From: Desulfobacterales bacterium
GTDB taxonomy: Bacteria; Desulfobacterota; Desulfobacteria; Desulfobacterales; JAHDSC01
Direction: 5' to 3'
Length of the DNA stretch: 64,000 bases
Assembly (NCBI GenBank): GCA_016931455.1
Contig: JAFGES010000125.1
Location: 2,561-66,560 of the forward strand
Of the stretch, positions 1 to 10,078 are shown in pieces; within the stretch, counting starts at the first letter, position 1, and every line of letters begins with the position of its first letter. The position numbers and the translations under genes were made by a program. The notes below the pieces were generated by a model. It was not told the DNA's origin and made no database searches. It was given only the letters and a program-made list of their open reading frames with translations.

Positions 1-547
1 CGAACGGACGGCTTTGAATTTTCTGCAACGCCTTTCAGGCATTGCCACAAATGTACGTTCATATTTAAACGAAATCGAAAATACAGGTGTCCGCTTGGTC
101 GATACCCGTAAAACAACACCTGGATGGCGCGTACTGGAGAAATATGCAGTGCGCGTCGGCGGAGCCTACAACCATCGTATGGGTTTATATGACGGGGTCT
201 TGATTAAAGACAATCACATTGCGGTTTGCGGTGGTATTCGCCGGTCCATTGAGCGTGCCAAAAAATATGTATCCCATCTTATCAAAATCGAAGTGGAAGT
301 TACCGACCTAAACGGTGTCAAGGAGGCAATTGCTGCCGGTGCCGATGTGATCATGCTCGACAATATGTCCATCGACCAAATAAAAGAAGCTGTTGCTTAC
401 ATCGATAAAAGAGCGATTGTTGAAGTCTCAGGTGGCGTCACAAAAAAAGATCTTGCGGCTTTGGCCGACGTGGGGGTAGACATCATATCGGTAGGAGCAT
501 TGACCCATTCTGCCAGATGTATGGATATAAGTATGCGGATAATTTGA
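1..547 (+). CDS. nadC: Nicotinate-nucleotide (quinolinate) pyrophosphorylase, C-terminal part. The 5' end lies outside the window.
   Basis: The frame is open from the window edge. The translation RKTTPGWRVLEKYAVRVGGAYNHRMGLYDGVLIKDNHI...DNMS...VSGG is typical of NadC/QPRTase. Confidence 0.85.
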   Translation, partial: ERTALNFLQRLSGIATNVRSYLNEIENTGVRLVDTRKTTPGWRVLEKYAVRVGGAYNHRMGLYDGVLIKDNHIAVCGGIRRSIERAKKYVSHLIKIEVEVTDLNGVKEAIAAGADVIMLDNMSIDQIKEAVAYIDKRAIVEVSGGVTKKDLAALADVGVDIISVGALTHSARCMDISMRII

Positions 548-574
548 TTTTAGCCGTTTACCCCCCCTTTACCT

Positions 575-1546
575 ATGATACCCATTCGCGATACCATTTC
601 ATCCAAAAATTATCCGATCGTCAATAACTGTCTTATTGGTATCAATGGGATCATTTATTTGGTGCAGCTGGCACAAGGGCCCTTTTTGGAACACTTTATT
701 TATACCTACGGCCTTGTTCCCGCACGTTTTTCCATACCCCAGCTTGCAGCCTACTTTTCTACAGGTCAACAACTGTTTTCACTAATCTCTTTCATGTTTC
801 TGCACGGCAGCTTCTGGCACCTTCTCGGCAATATGTGGTCGCTGTATATATTCGGCGATAATGTCGAAGACAGTCTGGGTCCTTTGCGTTATCTTTTATT
901 TTACCTGCTCTGCGGCCTGGCTTCCGGATTGTCCTATCTATTTTTAAATATAAACTCAAATATCCCGACCATTGGTGCAAGCGGAGCGATCGCAGGGGTC
1001 ATGGGCGCCTATTTTATACTCCATCCAAAATCAAAAATATTAACCCTGATTCCGATTTTTATTATACCCTATTTCATCGAGATACCGGCCTTTTTCTTCC
1101 TTGGTATTTGGTTTTTGCTGCAATTTATCAACGCCGCCGGAAGCCATGGGGATATCAGCGGTATTGCCTGGTGGGCTCATATCGGTGGATTTATATTCGG
1201 CATCATATTTTTGAAAATTTTTCTAGCTCTGCCCGGCAGCGGAGTCAGCGACCGGATACGTCAACTGACCGTTAAAAAAAAGACCGAGCACCTCCAAGTC
1301 ATTCATCCAATCGGTACTGGAGATGATTCCAACCTTTACGGCACAATCCATATCACTCCTTACGAAGCTCATGAAGGCAGTCAAAAACTGGTCAATATCC
1401 CCTGGGGATTCTATAAGCGGCCTTTTAGAGTCGTAATTCCACCGGGAATAAAAGAAGGCACCATTTTACGTCTTAGAGGATTAGGCAGGCAAACGGGAGG
1501 TGGTCGAAGCGGAGATTTGTTTCTGAAAGTGATTATTCAATCTTAA
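575..1546 (+). CDS. Rhomboid-family intramembrane serine protease with a C-terminal DnaJ-C-like domain
   Basis: Typical MIPIRD start. Motifs HGSFWHLLGNMWSLYIFG, GASGAIAGVMGAY (catalytic Ser) and AHIGGFIFG (His), with about 6 TM segments. The last ~85 aa (NLYGTIHITPYEAHEGSQKLV...IPPGIKEGTILRLRGLG...GDLFLKVII) follow the DnaJ/CbpA C-terminal domain pattern. Confidence 0.85.
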   Translation: MIPIRDTISSKNYPIVNNCLIGINGIIYLVQLAQGPFLEHFIYTYGLVPARFSIPQLAAYFSTGQQLFSLISFMFLHGSFWHLLGNMWSLYIFGDNVEDSLGPLRYLLFYLLCGLASGLSYLFLNINSNIPTIGASGAIAGVMGAYFILHPKSKILTLIPIFIIPYFIEIPAFFFLGIWFLLQFINAAGSHGDISGIAWWAHIGGFIFGIIFLKIFLALPGSGVSDRIRQLTVKKKTEHLQVIHPIGTGDDSNLYGTIHITPYEAHEGSQKLVNIPWGFYKRPFRVVIPPGIKEGTILRLRGLGRQTGGGRSGDLFLKVIIQS

Positions 1547-2479
1547 TTAGGACTGTGCTGAAGCGGGTTTTTCAACAAAAATGCCGGATACCGTATTGCG
1601 TCCTTTTTGCTTGGAGGTGTACATTGCTTTATCGGCTCTTTTGACAAATGTCGATAAATCTTCTTTGGAACAATATTCTGTCACGCCGACACTAATGGTA
1701 ATCCGGGTTGCCTTTCTTTTGTCGCTTTCTGCAATAAATTTTTCAGATTCCACAGCTACCCTGATCCGTTGAGCAACCGCTAAAGCTTCATTGCCGCTTG
1801 TTTCCGGCAAAATAATGGTGAATTCCTCCCCACCGTACCGGTAGGCGGAATCCATAGTTCTAAGGCAGGACTTTATTATTTCACCGAGTCTAACGAGTAC
1901 TTTATCACCTTCTATATGACCATAGGTATCATTATAGATTTTGAAGTGATCAATATCCAACAATAACAATGCCAGCGGATGATGGTACCGGCTGGATCTG
2001 TCTACTTCCATTTCGAGCTGGGAATAAAAGTGCCTTGAATTGTAAAGTTTAGTCAGTCCATCGGTAATCGCCAGTTTTTGTAAGGTTTCCAGCATTTGAG
2101 CACGCTCTTTGGCAAGCTGTCGCTCTTTCAAGACTCTTTTCAGCCGCAGCAGCAGTTCTTCGAAACGTACCGGTTTGAAAACAAAATCACTGGCACCTTT
2201 GCTGATTGCCTCTTCATAGGAATAATCACCGCTGTAACCCGTCATCACGATAATATCCGTATCATACTTCGCCTTAATTCGGTCGGTAAGTTCAAGACCG
2301 TCTAACCCAGGTAACATAATATCCGCGATGACAACCTGCACCGATTTTTTTTTGAGAAACTCAAGTGCCTCTTCTGCACTAGCGGCAGTATAAGATTTAT
2401 AGCCGGCCAGCATGATTATCTCATTCATGGTATCTCGGACGGCTTCGTCGTCATCAACGATTAAAATTTTTGTATCCAT
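1547..2479 (-). CDS. Response regulator receiver domain fused to a GGDEF diguanylate cyclase (PleD-like)
   Basis: N-terminal ILIVDDD...ADIMLPGLDG receiver. C-terminal DGLTKLYN...RYGGEEF GGDEF domain. Confidence 0.9.
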   Translation of the reverse strand: MDTKILIVDDDEAVRDTMNEIIMLAGYKSYTAASAEEALEFLKKKSVQVVIADIMLPGLDGLELTDRIKAKYDTDIIVMTGYSGDYSYEEAISKGASDFVFKPVRFEELLLRLKRVLKERQLAKERAQMLETLQKLAITDGLTKLYNSRHFYSQLEMEVDRSSRYHHPLALLLLDIDHFKIYNDTYGHIEGDKVLVRLGEIIKSCLRTMDSAYRYGGEEFTIILPETSGNEALAVAQRIRVAVESEKFIAESDKRKATRITISVGVTEYCSKEDLSTFVKRADKAMYTSKQKGRNTVSGIFVEKPASAQS

Positions 2480-2531
2480 TCCTGATTACCGATCCGAATT
2501 TTTTGTAGGTCTGACCCATTGCTGACTATTG

Positions 2532-2560
2532 TTGACAGAACATAAATTAATTTATATTAT
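2532..2560 (+). promoter_or_regulatory. Sigma70-like promoter candidate upstream of lepA
   Basis: TTGACA (2532-2537), 17-nt spacer, TATTAT (2555-2560). Sequence pattern only. Confidence 0.35.
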
Positions 2561-2682
2561 ATTCATTTTAAATTAATTTTTAAAAATAACTCGAAAATTT
2601 CAATGTGTCAACCGACTTTTATGTCACAATCCCTTAAACAATGCTTTTAACATCTAAAAATACTGGTGTCTCCATCACAAGA

Positions 2683-4479
2683 ATGCAAAATATACGTAAC
2701 TTTAGCATTATTGCTCATATTGATCACGGCAAATCGACCTTGTCGGATCGCCTGATTCAAGCAACTCATATTGTGTCGGATCGGAATTTTAAAGATCAGA
2801 TTCTCGACAACATGGATATCGAACGTGAACGCGGTATTACCATAAAAAGTCAAACGGTCTGTCTACCATATACCGCCAAAGACGGACAAACTTATTTTTT
2901 GAATTTAATCGACACCCCCGGCCATGTCGATTTTACCTATGAAGTCTCCCGAGCTCTGGCATCTTGTGAAGGTGCTATTCTTCTAATCGACGCCAGCCAG
3001 GGGGTGGAAGCTCAGACGCTGGCCAACCTCTATCTGGCCTTGGAACATGATCTTGAAATTATCCCTGTGATCAATAAGATCGACCTGCCGTCAGCGGATG
3101 TTGACCGGGTAAAGAACCAAATAAAGGAAGATCTTGGACTCGATCCTGCAGCAGCAATTCTTGTATCGGCTAAAGAAGGAATCGGAATTGAAGATGTATT
3201 AGAAGGCATCATCAAATCTTTACCCGCACCGACGGGAGATTCCGAAGCTCCGTTGCAGGCATTGATTTTTGATTCGCATTATGATCCTTTCCGAGGAACT
3301 ATTATTCACTGCCGTATCAATCAGGGGTCTATCGAAGCCGGCGATACGATTTTGTTTATGTCCAATAAGGCGACATATCGTGTTGAAGAGGTTGGAATCT
3401 TCCAGATTGAACGGGTGCCTCAAAGAAAAATTTCAGCCGGTCAAGTGGGCTATATCATCGCAGGAATAAAGACCGTTAGCGACACACGCTGCGGCGATAC
3501 CATAACCTTAAAAAACAGACCCTGCAACACCCCCCTGCCGGGATTCCGGGAAGTAAAACCCGTAGTTTTTTCATCGATTTATCCTGTCGCTTCGGATGGA
3601 TATGAAGAATTGGCTTCCGCCTTGGAAAAACTTAAATTGAATGATGCCTCTTTAGTTTATGAAAAAGATGCTTCAGTTGCTTTGGGATTTGGTTTTCGTT
3701 GCGGCTTTCTCGGCCTTTTGCATCTAGAGGTGGTCCAGGAACGTTTGGAGCGTGAATATGATCTCTCGCTTATATTAACTGCGCCATCGGTTCGATACCA
3801 GCTTTTTATGAATGACGGTTCAATGTTAAGGATTGACAATCCGGCGCTATATCCGGACCCGACAATAATTGAAAAAACAATGGAACCTTTCATTCGCGCC
3901 TCTATCATAATTCCGGATCGTTACATGGGCGTCGTTATGAAGCTTTGCCTTGATCGTCGTGGCATTAATAAAAATTATCAATATCTTACAAACAATCGTT
4001 TAGAAATGATATTTGAACTTCCGTTGTCGGAGGTTGTTTTTGATTTTTATGATAAGCTCAAATCCGTTACACAGGGTTATGGCTCATTCGATTATGAACT
4101 CATCGATTATCGCGAAACGGATCTTGTCAAAGTGGACATTCTTATCAACGGGGAACGGGTGGATGCGCTTTCCCAATTGGTTCACAGAGACCGAGCGGAT
4201 CAACGTGCCAGAGTTGCCTGTGAAAAGCTTCGAGATGAAATTCCACGACAAATGTTCAAAATCGCTATCCAAGGGGCTATCGGTGCAAAAATAATCGCCC
4301 GTAAAACAGTCTCACCATTTAGAAAAGATGTTACCGCCAAATGTTACGGCGGGGATATCACCCGTAAACGCAAACTTCTCGAAAAGCAGAAAAAAGGCAA
4401 AAAAAGGATGAAGATGGTAGGCAAGGTCATGATTCCTCAGGCCGCATTTCTTTCGGTTTTAAAAACGGATACGGACTAA
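2683..4479 (+). CDS. lepA: Elongation factor 4 (LepA)
   Basis: [36 protein letters not shown], and the LepA-specific C-terminus ...[25 protein letters not shown]. The start is set at the Met matching usual LepA N-termini; an alternative ATG lies at 2641. Confidence 0.92.
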   Translation: MQNIRNFSIIAHIDHGKSTLSDRLIQATHIVSDRNFKDQILDNMDIERERGITIKSQTVCLPYTAKDGQTYFLNLIDTPGHVDFTYEVSRALASCEGAILLIDASQGVEAQTLANLYLALEHDLEIIPVINKIDLPSADVDRVKNQIKEDLGLDPAAAILVSAKEGIGIEDVLEGIIKSLPAPTGDSEAPLQALIFDSHYDPFRGTIIHCRINQGSIEAGDTILFMSNKATYRVEEVGIFQIERVPQRKISAGQVGYIIAGIKTVSDTRCGDTITLKNRPCNTPLPGFREVKPVVFSSIYPVASDGYEELASALEKLKLNDASLVYEKDASVALGFGFRCGFLGLLHLEVVQERLEREYDLSLILTAPSVRYQLFMNDGSMLRIDNPALYPDPTIIEKTMEPFIRASIIIPDRYMGVVMKLCLDRRGINKNYQYLTNNRLEMIFELPLSEVVFDFYDKLKSVTQGYGSFDYELIDYRETDLVKVDILINGERVDALSQLVHRDRADQRARVACEKLRDEIPRQMFKIAIQGAIGAKIIARKTVSPFRKDVTAKCYGGDITRKRKLLEKQKKGKKRMKMVGKVMIPQAAFLSVLKTDTD

Positions 4480-4559
4480 TTTATAAAAAACCACCGACCG
4501 TCGCGAACACTTTCCAACATGGAAAAACTATTTTTTCATGAAAATTATAGTGAGGTTAC

Positions 4560-5846
4560 ATGGGCAAAACCATTGCTGAAAAAATATTTGACTCTCATCA
4601 AATTGATAACCCATCGGAAGATATCCATGTTATCAGATTAGATGCGGTTTTCTGCCATGAAATTACAACACCGATCGCAATCAATGATCTGATCGGCCGC
4701 GGTAAGGATCGGGTATTTGATTCTTCGAAGATCAAAGCGGTGATTGATCATGTAACACCTGCCAAGGATTCAAAAACGGCTATGCAGGGTAAGATACTCA
4801 GAGATTGGGCTCGGCGCCATGATATTCGTAATTTTTTTGATATCGGACGAAATGGTGTTTGCCATGCGATCTTTCCCGAAAAAGGATTTGCAAGACCCGG
4901 CTATACGATCATCATGGGAGATTCACATACCTGCACATACGGTGCATTCGGAGCATTTGCCGCCGGCGTGGGAACAACCGCACTAGAGGTGGGTATTTTA
5001 AAAGGAGTGTGCGCATTCCGCTATCCAAAAACAATTCAGATCCAAATCACCGGTCGTGTGCCGGATGGAGTTTTTTCAAAAGATATTATTTTATCGATCA
5101 TCGGGCGTTTGGGCGTAAATGGGGCAACCAATAAAATTATCGAATTTACCGGTCCGGTTGTGGAAAAGATGAGCATGGAGGCGCGAATGACCCTTTGCAA
5201 CATGGCCATAGAAGCCGGTGCCACCTGCGGCATATGTTATCCGGATATGACAACCGTGGAATATCTCTGGGAGTTTATTAAAAATGAATACACTTCTCAA
5301 GAGACAGCCTTAAAAGCCTATGAGATATATGTATCCGATCCGGATGCACAATACGACGATCTCATCGAACATGATGTCGGCAATCTTTCACCCCAGATCA
5401 CCTTCGGGTATAAACCCGATCATGTCAGGCCGGTTAAAGATATGGAAGGAGTAAAAATCGATCAAGTATACATCGGATCATGTACCAACGGCAGAATCGA
5501 AGACCTTCGGGTTGCAGCGCAAGTACTCAAAAATAACGCTGTCCATGAATCCGTACGCGGTATTGTTTCGCCGGCAACGCCGACCGTTTACCTCCGGGCA
5601 CTTGAGGAAGGACTGATTCAGATTTTTATGGATGCAGGATTCTGCGTGACCAATCCGACCTGTGGAGCCTGCCTGGGCATGAGCAATGGGGTACTGGCGG
5701 AAGGAGAAGTCTGCGCTTCCACAACCAACCGAAACTTCAACGGCCGAATGGGCAAAGGCGGCATGGTGCATCTTATGAGCCCGGCCACTGCAGCGGCCAC
5801 TGCCATAGCAGGGCATATTACCAATTCTAAGCTTTTTAAGGGTTAA
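4560..5846 (+). CDS. leuC: Aconitase-fold dehydratase large subunit (3-isopropylmalate dehydratase / homoaconitase type, short archaeal-like form)
   Basis: MGKTIAEKI..., GDSHT, IGSCTNGR and the CGACLG cluster-ligand motifs. Followed by the small-subunit gene. Confidence 0.85.
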   Translation: MGKTIAEKIFDSHQIDNPSEDIHVIRLDAVFCHEITTPIAINDLIGRGKDRVFDSSKIKAVIDHVTPAKDSKTAMQGKILRDWARRHDIRNFFDIGRNGVCHAIFPEKGFARPGYTIIMGDSHTCTYGAFGAFAAGVGTTALEVGILKGVCAFRYPKTIQIQITGRVPDGVFSKDIILSIIGRLGVNGATNKIIEFTGPVVEKMSMEARMTLCNMAIEAGATCGICYPDMTTVEYLWEFIKNEYTSQETALKAYEIYVSDPDAQYDDLIEHDVGNLSPQITFGYKPDHVRPVKDMEGVKIDQVYIGSCTNGRIEDLRVAAQVLKNNAVHESVRGIVSPATPTVYLRALEEGLIQIFMDAGFCVTNPTCGACLGMSNGVLAEGEVCASTTNRNFNGRMGKGGMVHLMSPATAAATAIAGHITNSKLFKG

Positions 5847-5855
5847 AAAATAGAG

Positions 5856-6380
5856 ATGAAAAAATTCAACGGCAAGGTACTTTTTCTCGATAGATCCGAT
5901 ATCAATACAGACGAAATCATTCCGGCAAAATATTTGACGGAAGTATCCAAAAAAGCACTAAAACCCTATCTGCTTGAGGATCTCAACCTCGAAGGGTTTA
6001 ACCCGCAGATTGATACACGATGTAAAAGCGTTATCATCACACGTGCGAATTTTGGGTGCGGATCTTCCCGTGAACATGCCCCTTGGGCTCTTGAAGTCAA
6101 TGGATTTTTTTTGGTGATAGCCCAAAGCTTTGCGAGAATTTTCAGGCAAAATATGTTTAACTGCGGTATGCTGGCCGCCGAACTTCCCGATAAAACCATT
6201 AATTATATTTTCAATACGTTTTCGGGAAAAGAAACATTTATTGAAACCATCCTTGAAAAAAAAGAATTTATTATCAAAGCCGATGACCTGATTGAAAAAG
6301 TAAATTTTGTTCTTTCCGATTTTGATCTTTCACTTTTGAAGTCCGGTGGTTGGGTTGAATACGCGGATTCGAAGTATTAA
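5856..6380 (+). CDS. leuD: 3-isopropylmalate dehydratase / homoaconitase small subunit
   Basis: NTDEIIPAKYL and NFGCGSSREHAPWAL motifs. Starts 10 nt after leuC. Confidence 0.85.
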   Translation: MKKFNGKVLFLDRSDINTDEIIPAKYLTEVSKKALKPYLLEDLNLEGFNPQIDTRCKSVIITRANFGCGSSREHAPWALEVNGFFLVIAQSFARIFRQNMFNCGMLAAELPDKTINYIFNTFSGKETFIETILEKKEFIIKADDLIEKVNFVLSDFDLSLLKSGGWVEYADSKY

Positions 6381-6407
6381 AAATTTGTCCACTTTAAAGA
6401 GATTTTC

Positions 6408-6515
6408 TATAGACTTTCAGATCATTAATTTCACAAGGATAGAAGGAGGAAGGCGTATTAGTTTTATACGTCGACGACTGATAACGCAGTGAAATTAATG
6501 ATCTGAAAGTCTATA
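6408..6515. repeat. Perfect 27-bp inverted repeat (arms 6408-6434 and 6489-6515) around a 54-nt spacer
   Basis: The left arm TATAGACTTTCAGATCATTAATTTCAC is the exact reverse complement of the right arm. It lies between convergent leuD and the FAH gene. No U-tract on either side. Confidence 0.9.
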
Positions 6516-6519
6516 TGGA

Positions 6520-7350
6520 TCAAACACATGGATTAATAATTGAGCCGATCTTCTCGATACGGCATTCCACCACATTACCCGGCTTGAGAACAATGGGTGG
6601 ATCTCTAAATATCCCCACCCCGGAAGGTGTGCCCGTCGAAATAATATCGCCGGGTAGAAGGGTGATATCTTCACTGATATCCTCGATTATGGTTGGGATA
6701 TCAAAAATCATATCGCGGGTATTTCCATCCTGCATGACGACGTCGTCGACAAGCGCAGTCAGTCTGAGATTTCTCACATCTTCCAACTCATCCGGCGTGA
6801 CTATAACCGGACCTATAGGCGCAAAGGTATCAAAGGATTTCCCGCGAAACCACTGTGAATCATTAAATTGGGCTTCGCGTTCGGAAACATCATTCATGAC
6901 TGTGTAACCTGCAATATAACTAAATGCGTTTTTCTTCTTTATCCTTTTACCTTCCCTGCTGATGATAACGGCCAATTCCACCTCCCAATCTACCTGACTG
7001 CCGCTGACCGGTAAAATAATAGGGTCATAGGGACCGTTAATGGTATTGAGCGTTTTGCAAAAAAGAAGCGGCCGAGGTGGATTTTCAAAGCCGCCCTCGT
7101 TGACATGCTCACTATAATTTTTTCCCAGGCAAATTATTTTTGACGGGCGATCGATCGGACTACCTATACGAACATTCATTTTTCGGCCGGAATCTTCTAT
7201 TCGGCGAACCTTATTGATCCAATCGTTTCTGAAAAATTTTTCGCCAATATCCGGAATCTCCGGAATGATTGCTTTTAAATCAACGATTCTACCGTCTTTC
7301 CAAAGCCCCGGCCTTTCTTTTCCTTTTTCTCCGAATCGAATAAGTTGCAT
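6520..7350 (-). CDS. Fumarylacetoacetate hydrolase (FAH) family protein
   Basis: MQLIRFGEKG...KIICLGKNYSEH...EVELAVIIS...GYTVMNDVSER...GTPSGVG pattern. The start is moved to the Met at 7350, which avoids overlap with the upstream gene. The longest ORF reaches 7401. Confidence 0.85.
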   Translation of the reverse strand: MQLIRFGEKGKERPGLWKDGRIVDLKAIIPEIPDIGEKFFRNDWINKVRRIEDSGRKMNVRIGSPIDRPSKIICLGKNYSEHVNEGGFENPPRPLLFCKTLNTINGPYDPIILPVSGSQVDWEVELAVIISREGKRIKKKNAFSYIAGYTVMNDVSEREAQFNDSQWFRGKSFDTFAPIGPVIVTPDELEDVRNLRLTALVDDVVMQDGNTRDMIFDIPTIIEDISEDITLLPGDIISTGTPSGVGIFRDPPIVLKPGNVVECRIEKIGSIINPCV

Positions 7351-7354
7351 ATAT

Positions 7355-8113
7355 TTATCGCCTTTCCGCCTGTTTGCCGTCTTGGTAACGTTTTTCTCCA
7401 TACCAGTTTATTTGCCTGCAAATCCCTCGAATGATATTAACCTCTCTCGACCTAAGCGGAAGCCGATTGAAAAAACGTCTCAGGTTGTTTAGCCAGTAGT
7501 CGGGGTTATCTGCATTGATAAAGCTGATCCTGACTAAAATATCTTTCAATTGCGCATACATACCCTCAAGCTCATATCGATCGGCAAGCCGCGGAATAAA
7601 TTTATTATATTCCACCTGTCGGGCAACAAAAATTTCATAGCACATAATCATGACGGCCTGGGCCAAGTTCAATGAAGAAAATTCAGCGGTCGGAATATTC
7701 ACAAGTCCATGACAGTACCGAAGATCATCGTTGGAAAGTCCCCGATCTTCGGGCCCGAAGACAACGGCGATATGGTTTTCTCTCGAAATTGAAATGAGTC
7801 TTTCGGCCACTTCTGCAGGCGAATCGACCATCGTTCGCTGACGTCCCAAACGAGCGGTCGTTCCGACGACATAATTATATGAAGAAAGCGCATCTTGAAG
7901 ATCTCCAAAAATTTTTATTTGCTCAACGATATTCGAGGCTTCATGCGTTGCCATCTTTAAAACTTTGTCAAGATCGAAATTCAGGGGATCGACCACGACA
8001 AGTTGATCGATTCCCATATTTCGCATGGCACGTGCCGCAGCACCAATATTTTCAGGAAACCTGGGTCGATGCAGCACAATTGAAACATTTTCAAAAATAA
8101 CTTTGGTGGACAT
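7355..8113 (-). CDS. trmJ: SpoU/TrmH-class RNA 2'-O-methyltransferase, TrmJ-like
   Basis: IVLHRPRFPENIGAAARAMRNMG...VVFGPEDRGLSNDDL...IPT...SLNLAQAVMIMCYE. The ATG at 8113 overlaps the ndk stop (TGATG). Confidence 0.8.
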   Translation of the reverse strand: MSTKVIFENVSIVLHRPRFPENIGAAARAMRNMGIDQLVVVDPLNFDLDKVLKMATHEASNIVEQIKIFGDLQDALSSYNYVVGTTARLGRQRTMVDSPAEVAERLISISRENHIAVVFGPEDRGLSNDDLRYCHGLVNIPTAEFSSLNLAQAVMIMCYEIFVARQVEYNKFIPRLADRYELEGMYAQLKDILVRISFINADNPDYWLNNLRRFFNRLPLRSREVNIIRGICRQINWYGEKRYQDGKQAERR

Positions 8114-8529
8114 CAATTGACTATTTCAAAGCTATTGAAAAAATAACTGATTTCAAATGCTGCGGATTCAGGCGAATCCGAACCGTGAACGACATTTTTT
8201 TCGATATCCGTAGCAAAATCTCTTCGAATCGTGCCTTCTTCCGCTTCCTTGTAATTAGTGGCGCCCATCAGCTTGCGGTAGCGTGCAATCACATTTTCAC
8301 CTTCAAGAACCATCACCACAATCGGTCCGGATATCATAAAATCCGTGAGGCTTTTAAAAAAAGGCCGCTCTTTATGGACCGCATAAAAACCTTCTGCCTG
8401 CGTCCGAGTCATATGCAGCATTTTCATACCCGTTATAGTGATATCGTTTTTTTCCAAACGTTTTATAACTTCACCGATCAATCCACGACTGACGCCATCG
8501 GGCTTAATAATTGATAATGTTTTTTCCAT
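8113..8529 (-). CDS. ndk: Nucleoside diphosphate kinase
   Basis: [13 protein letters not shown]...NVVHGSDS (catalytic His motif); 138 aa. Confidence 0.95.
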   Translation of the reverse strand: MEKTLSIIKPDGVSRGLIGEVIKRLEKNDITITGMKMLHMTRTQAEGFYAVHKERPFFKSLTDFMISGPIVVMVLEGENVIARYRKLMGATNYKEAEEGTIRRDFATDIEKNVVHGSDSPESAAFEISYFFNSFEIVN

Positions 8530-8656
8530 AATTCTTTATTCCTTTCATTCGAATGTTAGAGTCTCGTTGTGATATCAAAAGGATAGATTTTAGTCAACTT
8601 TTTGGTCATCATTTAGTCATCAATCAATTACCGGCTGGAATTTGGGTTTAAGGCTG

Positions 8657-8685
8657 TTGACAAAGATATAATCAAATTTTATGAT
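8657..8685 (+). promoter_or_regulatory. Sigma70-like promoter candidate
   Basis: TTGACA (8657-8662), 17-nt spacer, TATGAT (8680-8685), about 60 nt upstream of the 8744 start. Pattern only. Confidence 0.35.
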
Positions 8686-8743
8686 TTTGAGTAAAGTTTA
8701 TTCGTAGATGACGGATTCGATATGAAAAAAGGAATGGATAAAT

Positions 8744-9238
8744 ATGCCGATATACGAATTTTATTGCAAGGACTGTCATACAATTTTTAATTTCTTTTCC
8801 AAAACCGTCAATACCACCAAAAATCCCAACTGCCCGAAATGTAAACATCAAACGCTTTCAAGGCAGGTTTCTATCTTTGCCGTAACCGGAAAGGCCAAAG
8901 AAGAAACAGGTGGTGACGATCTACCCTTTGATGAGAACAAGATGGAACAAGCCATACAGATGGTGGCCGGTGAGGCGGAAAAAATAAATGAAGATGATCC
9001 CCGGCAAGCTGCCGATCTGATGCGCAGGCTTTCGGATATGACCGGCCTAGAGCTCGGCGCGGGTATGAATGAAGCCTTAAAACGAATGGAAAAAGGTGAA
9101 GATCCCGAGCAAATTGAAGCTGAGATGGGTGATCTTCTTGAGAAAGAAGAACCTTTTTTACTTCCGGATAAAAAGGGTAAAGCATTCAAGGTAAAATACA
9201 AAGCTCCTATCAAGGATGAAACCTTGTATGATCTTTGA
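8744..9238 (+). CDS. FmdB-family zinc-ribbon protein with an acidic C-terminal region
   Basis: MPIYEFYCKDCHTIF...CPKCK is the characteristic CxxC...CxxC FmdB/CxxC_CxxC_SSSS N-terminus. Confidence 0.75.
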   Translation: MPIYEFYCKDCHTIFNFFSKTVNTTKNPNCPKCKHQTLSRQVSIFAVTGKAKEETGGDDLPFDENKMEQAIQMVAGEAEKINEDDPRQAADLMRRLSDMTGLELGAGMNEALKRMEKGEDPEQIEAEMGDLLEKEEPFLLPDKKGKAFKVKYKAPIKDETLYDL

Positions 9239-9329
9239 TGGCCATGTCTATATTGCATAAGCCGAAATTATATTTACGGTTTTGAAAATACACTTTCAAA
9301 TCCAACTTTGACAAAGTATGGGAGGAAAC

Positions 9330-9860
9330 ATGAACAAGGATATTCTCGATAGAATAGAAGTCATGCAGGCCGATATAACCCAACTGGAAGTTGACGCCAT
9401 TGTAAATGCAGCCAATAAAACCTTACTGGGCGGTGGCGGTGTGGATGGAGCCATTCACCGAGCAGCAGGTCCCGGATTATTGGCGGAATGCCGTACACGA
9501 GGTGGATGCCGGACCGGCGAAGCCAAGATTACCATGGGCCATAATCTCCTTGCGCAATATGTGATTCATACGGTAGGTCCTGTTTACAGCGGTAAAAGCG
9601 AAGATAGTAAACTTTTATCGCAATGTTATCAAAATAGCCTTCAACTTGCCGTGGATCATGATGTTATCTCAATTGCTTTTCCGGCCATAAGTTGTGGAAT
9701 TTACGGCTACCCGATCGAAGAGGCATGCAAAATTGCGTTGGATACAACCTGCAATTTTCTTAATAAAAATAAGTCCATTAAAAAAGTTATATTTACTCTT
9801 TTTTCATCCGCAGATTATCAAATCTATACAGATTATCTCAAAAAATTATCGAACCAATAA
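9330..9860 (+). CDS. ymdB: Macro-domain protein (O-acetyl-ADP-ribose deacetylase, YmdB-like)
   Basis: GDITQLEVDAIVNAAN...LLGGGGVDGAIHRAAG...HTVGPV...IAFPAISCGIYGYP. The start is set at the ATG 5 nt after a GGGAGG RBS; the ORF opens at 9318. Confidence 0.88.
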   Translation: MNKDILDRIEVMQADITQLEVDAIVNAANKTLLGGGGVDGAIHRAAGPGLLAECRTRGGCRTGEAKITMGHNLLAQYVIHTVGPVYSGKSEDSKLLSQCYQNSLQLAVDHDVISIAFPAISCGIYGYPIEEACKIALDTTCNFLNKNKSIKKVIFTLFSSADYQIYTDYLKKLSNQ

Positions 9861-9918
9861 AATTGAGGCAAATTTTTACAGCTTTATCTCCTGAATAATT
9901 TTTATATGATGTTGTGCA

Positions 9919-9947
9919 TTGACAATTTTGATCCTTATGATTAAAAT
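9919..9947 (+). promoter_or_regulatory. Sigma70-like promoter candidate for the selenoprotein gene
   Basis: TTGACA (9919-9924), 17-nt spacer, TAAAAT (9942-9947). Pattern only. Confidence 0.4.
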
Positions 9948-10078
9948 CATTTAAAAAATTTATATTTCTAAAAATTGGGCTTGTTCATTTAACGAACCTA
10001 ATTTTTATTTAAAAGGAGCACAAAAATTGCTTCGCAAATTAACCGAAGGAATAAACTAAAGTTTATTGGGAGAAAAGC

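Noticed and set aside
6515-6907. 130-aa ORF antisense to the FAH-family gene. Similar antisense or out-of-frame ORFs: 8848..9258, 23656..24045, 28139..28495, 53266..53718, 54105..54554, 5478..5816.
   Set aside because: Each overlaps a gene with clear family motifs, has low-complexity or Ser/Arg/Pro-rich composition typical of shadow frames, and lacks an RBS.
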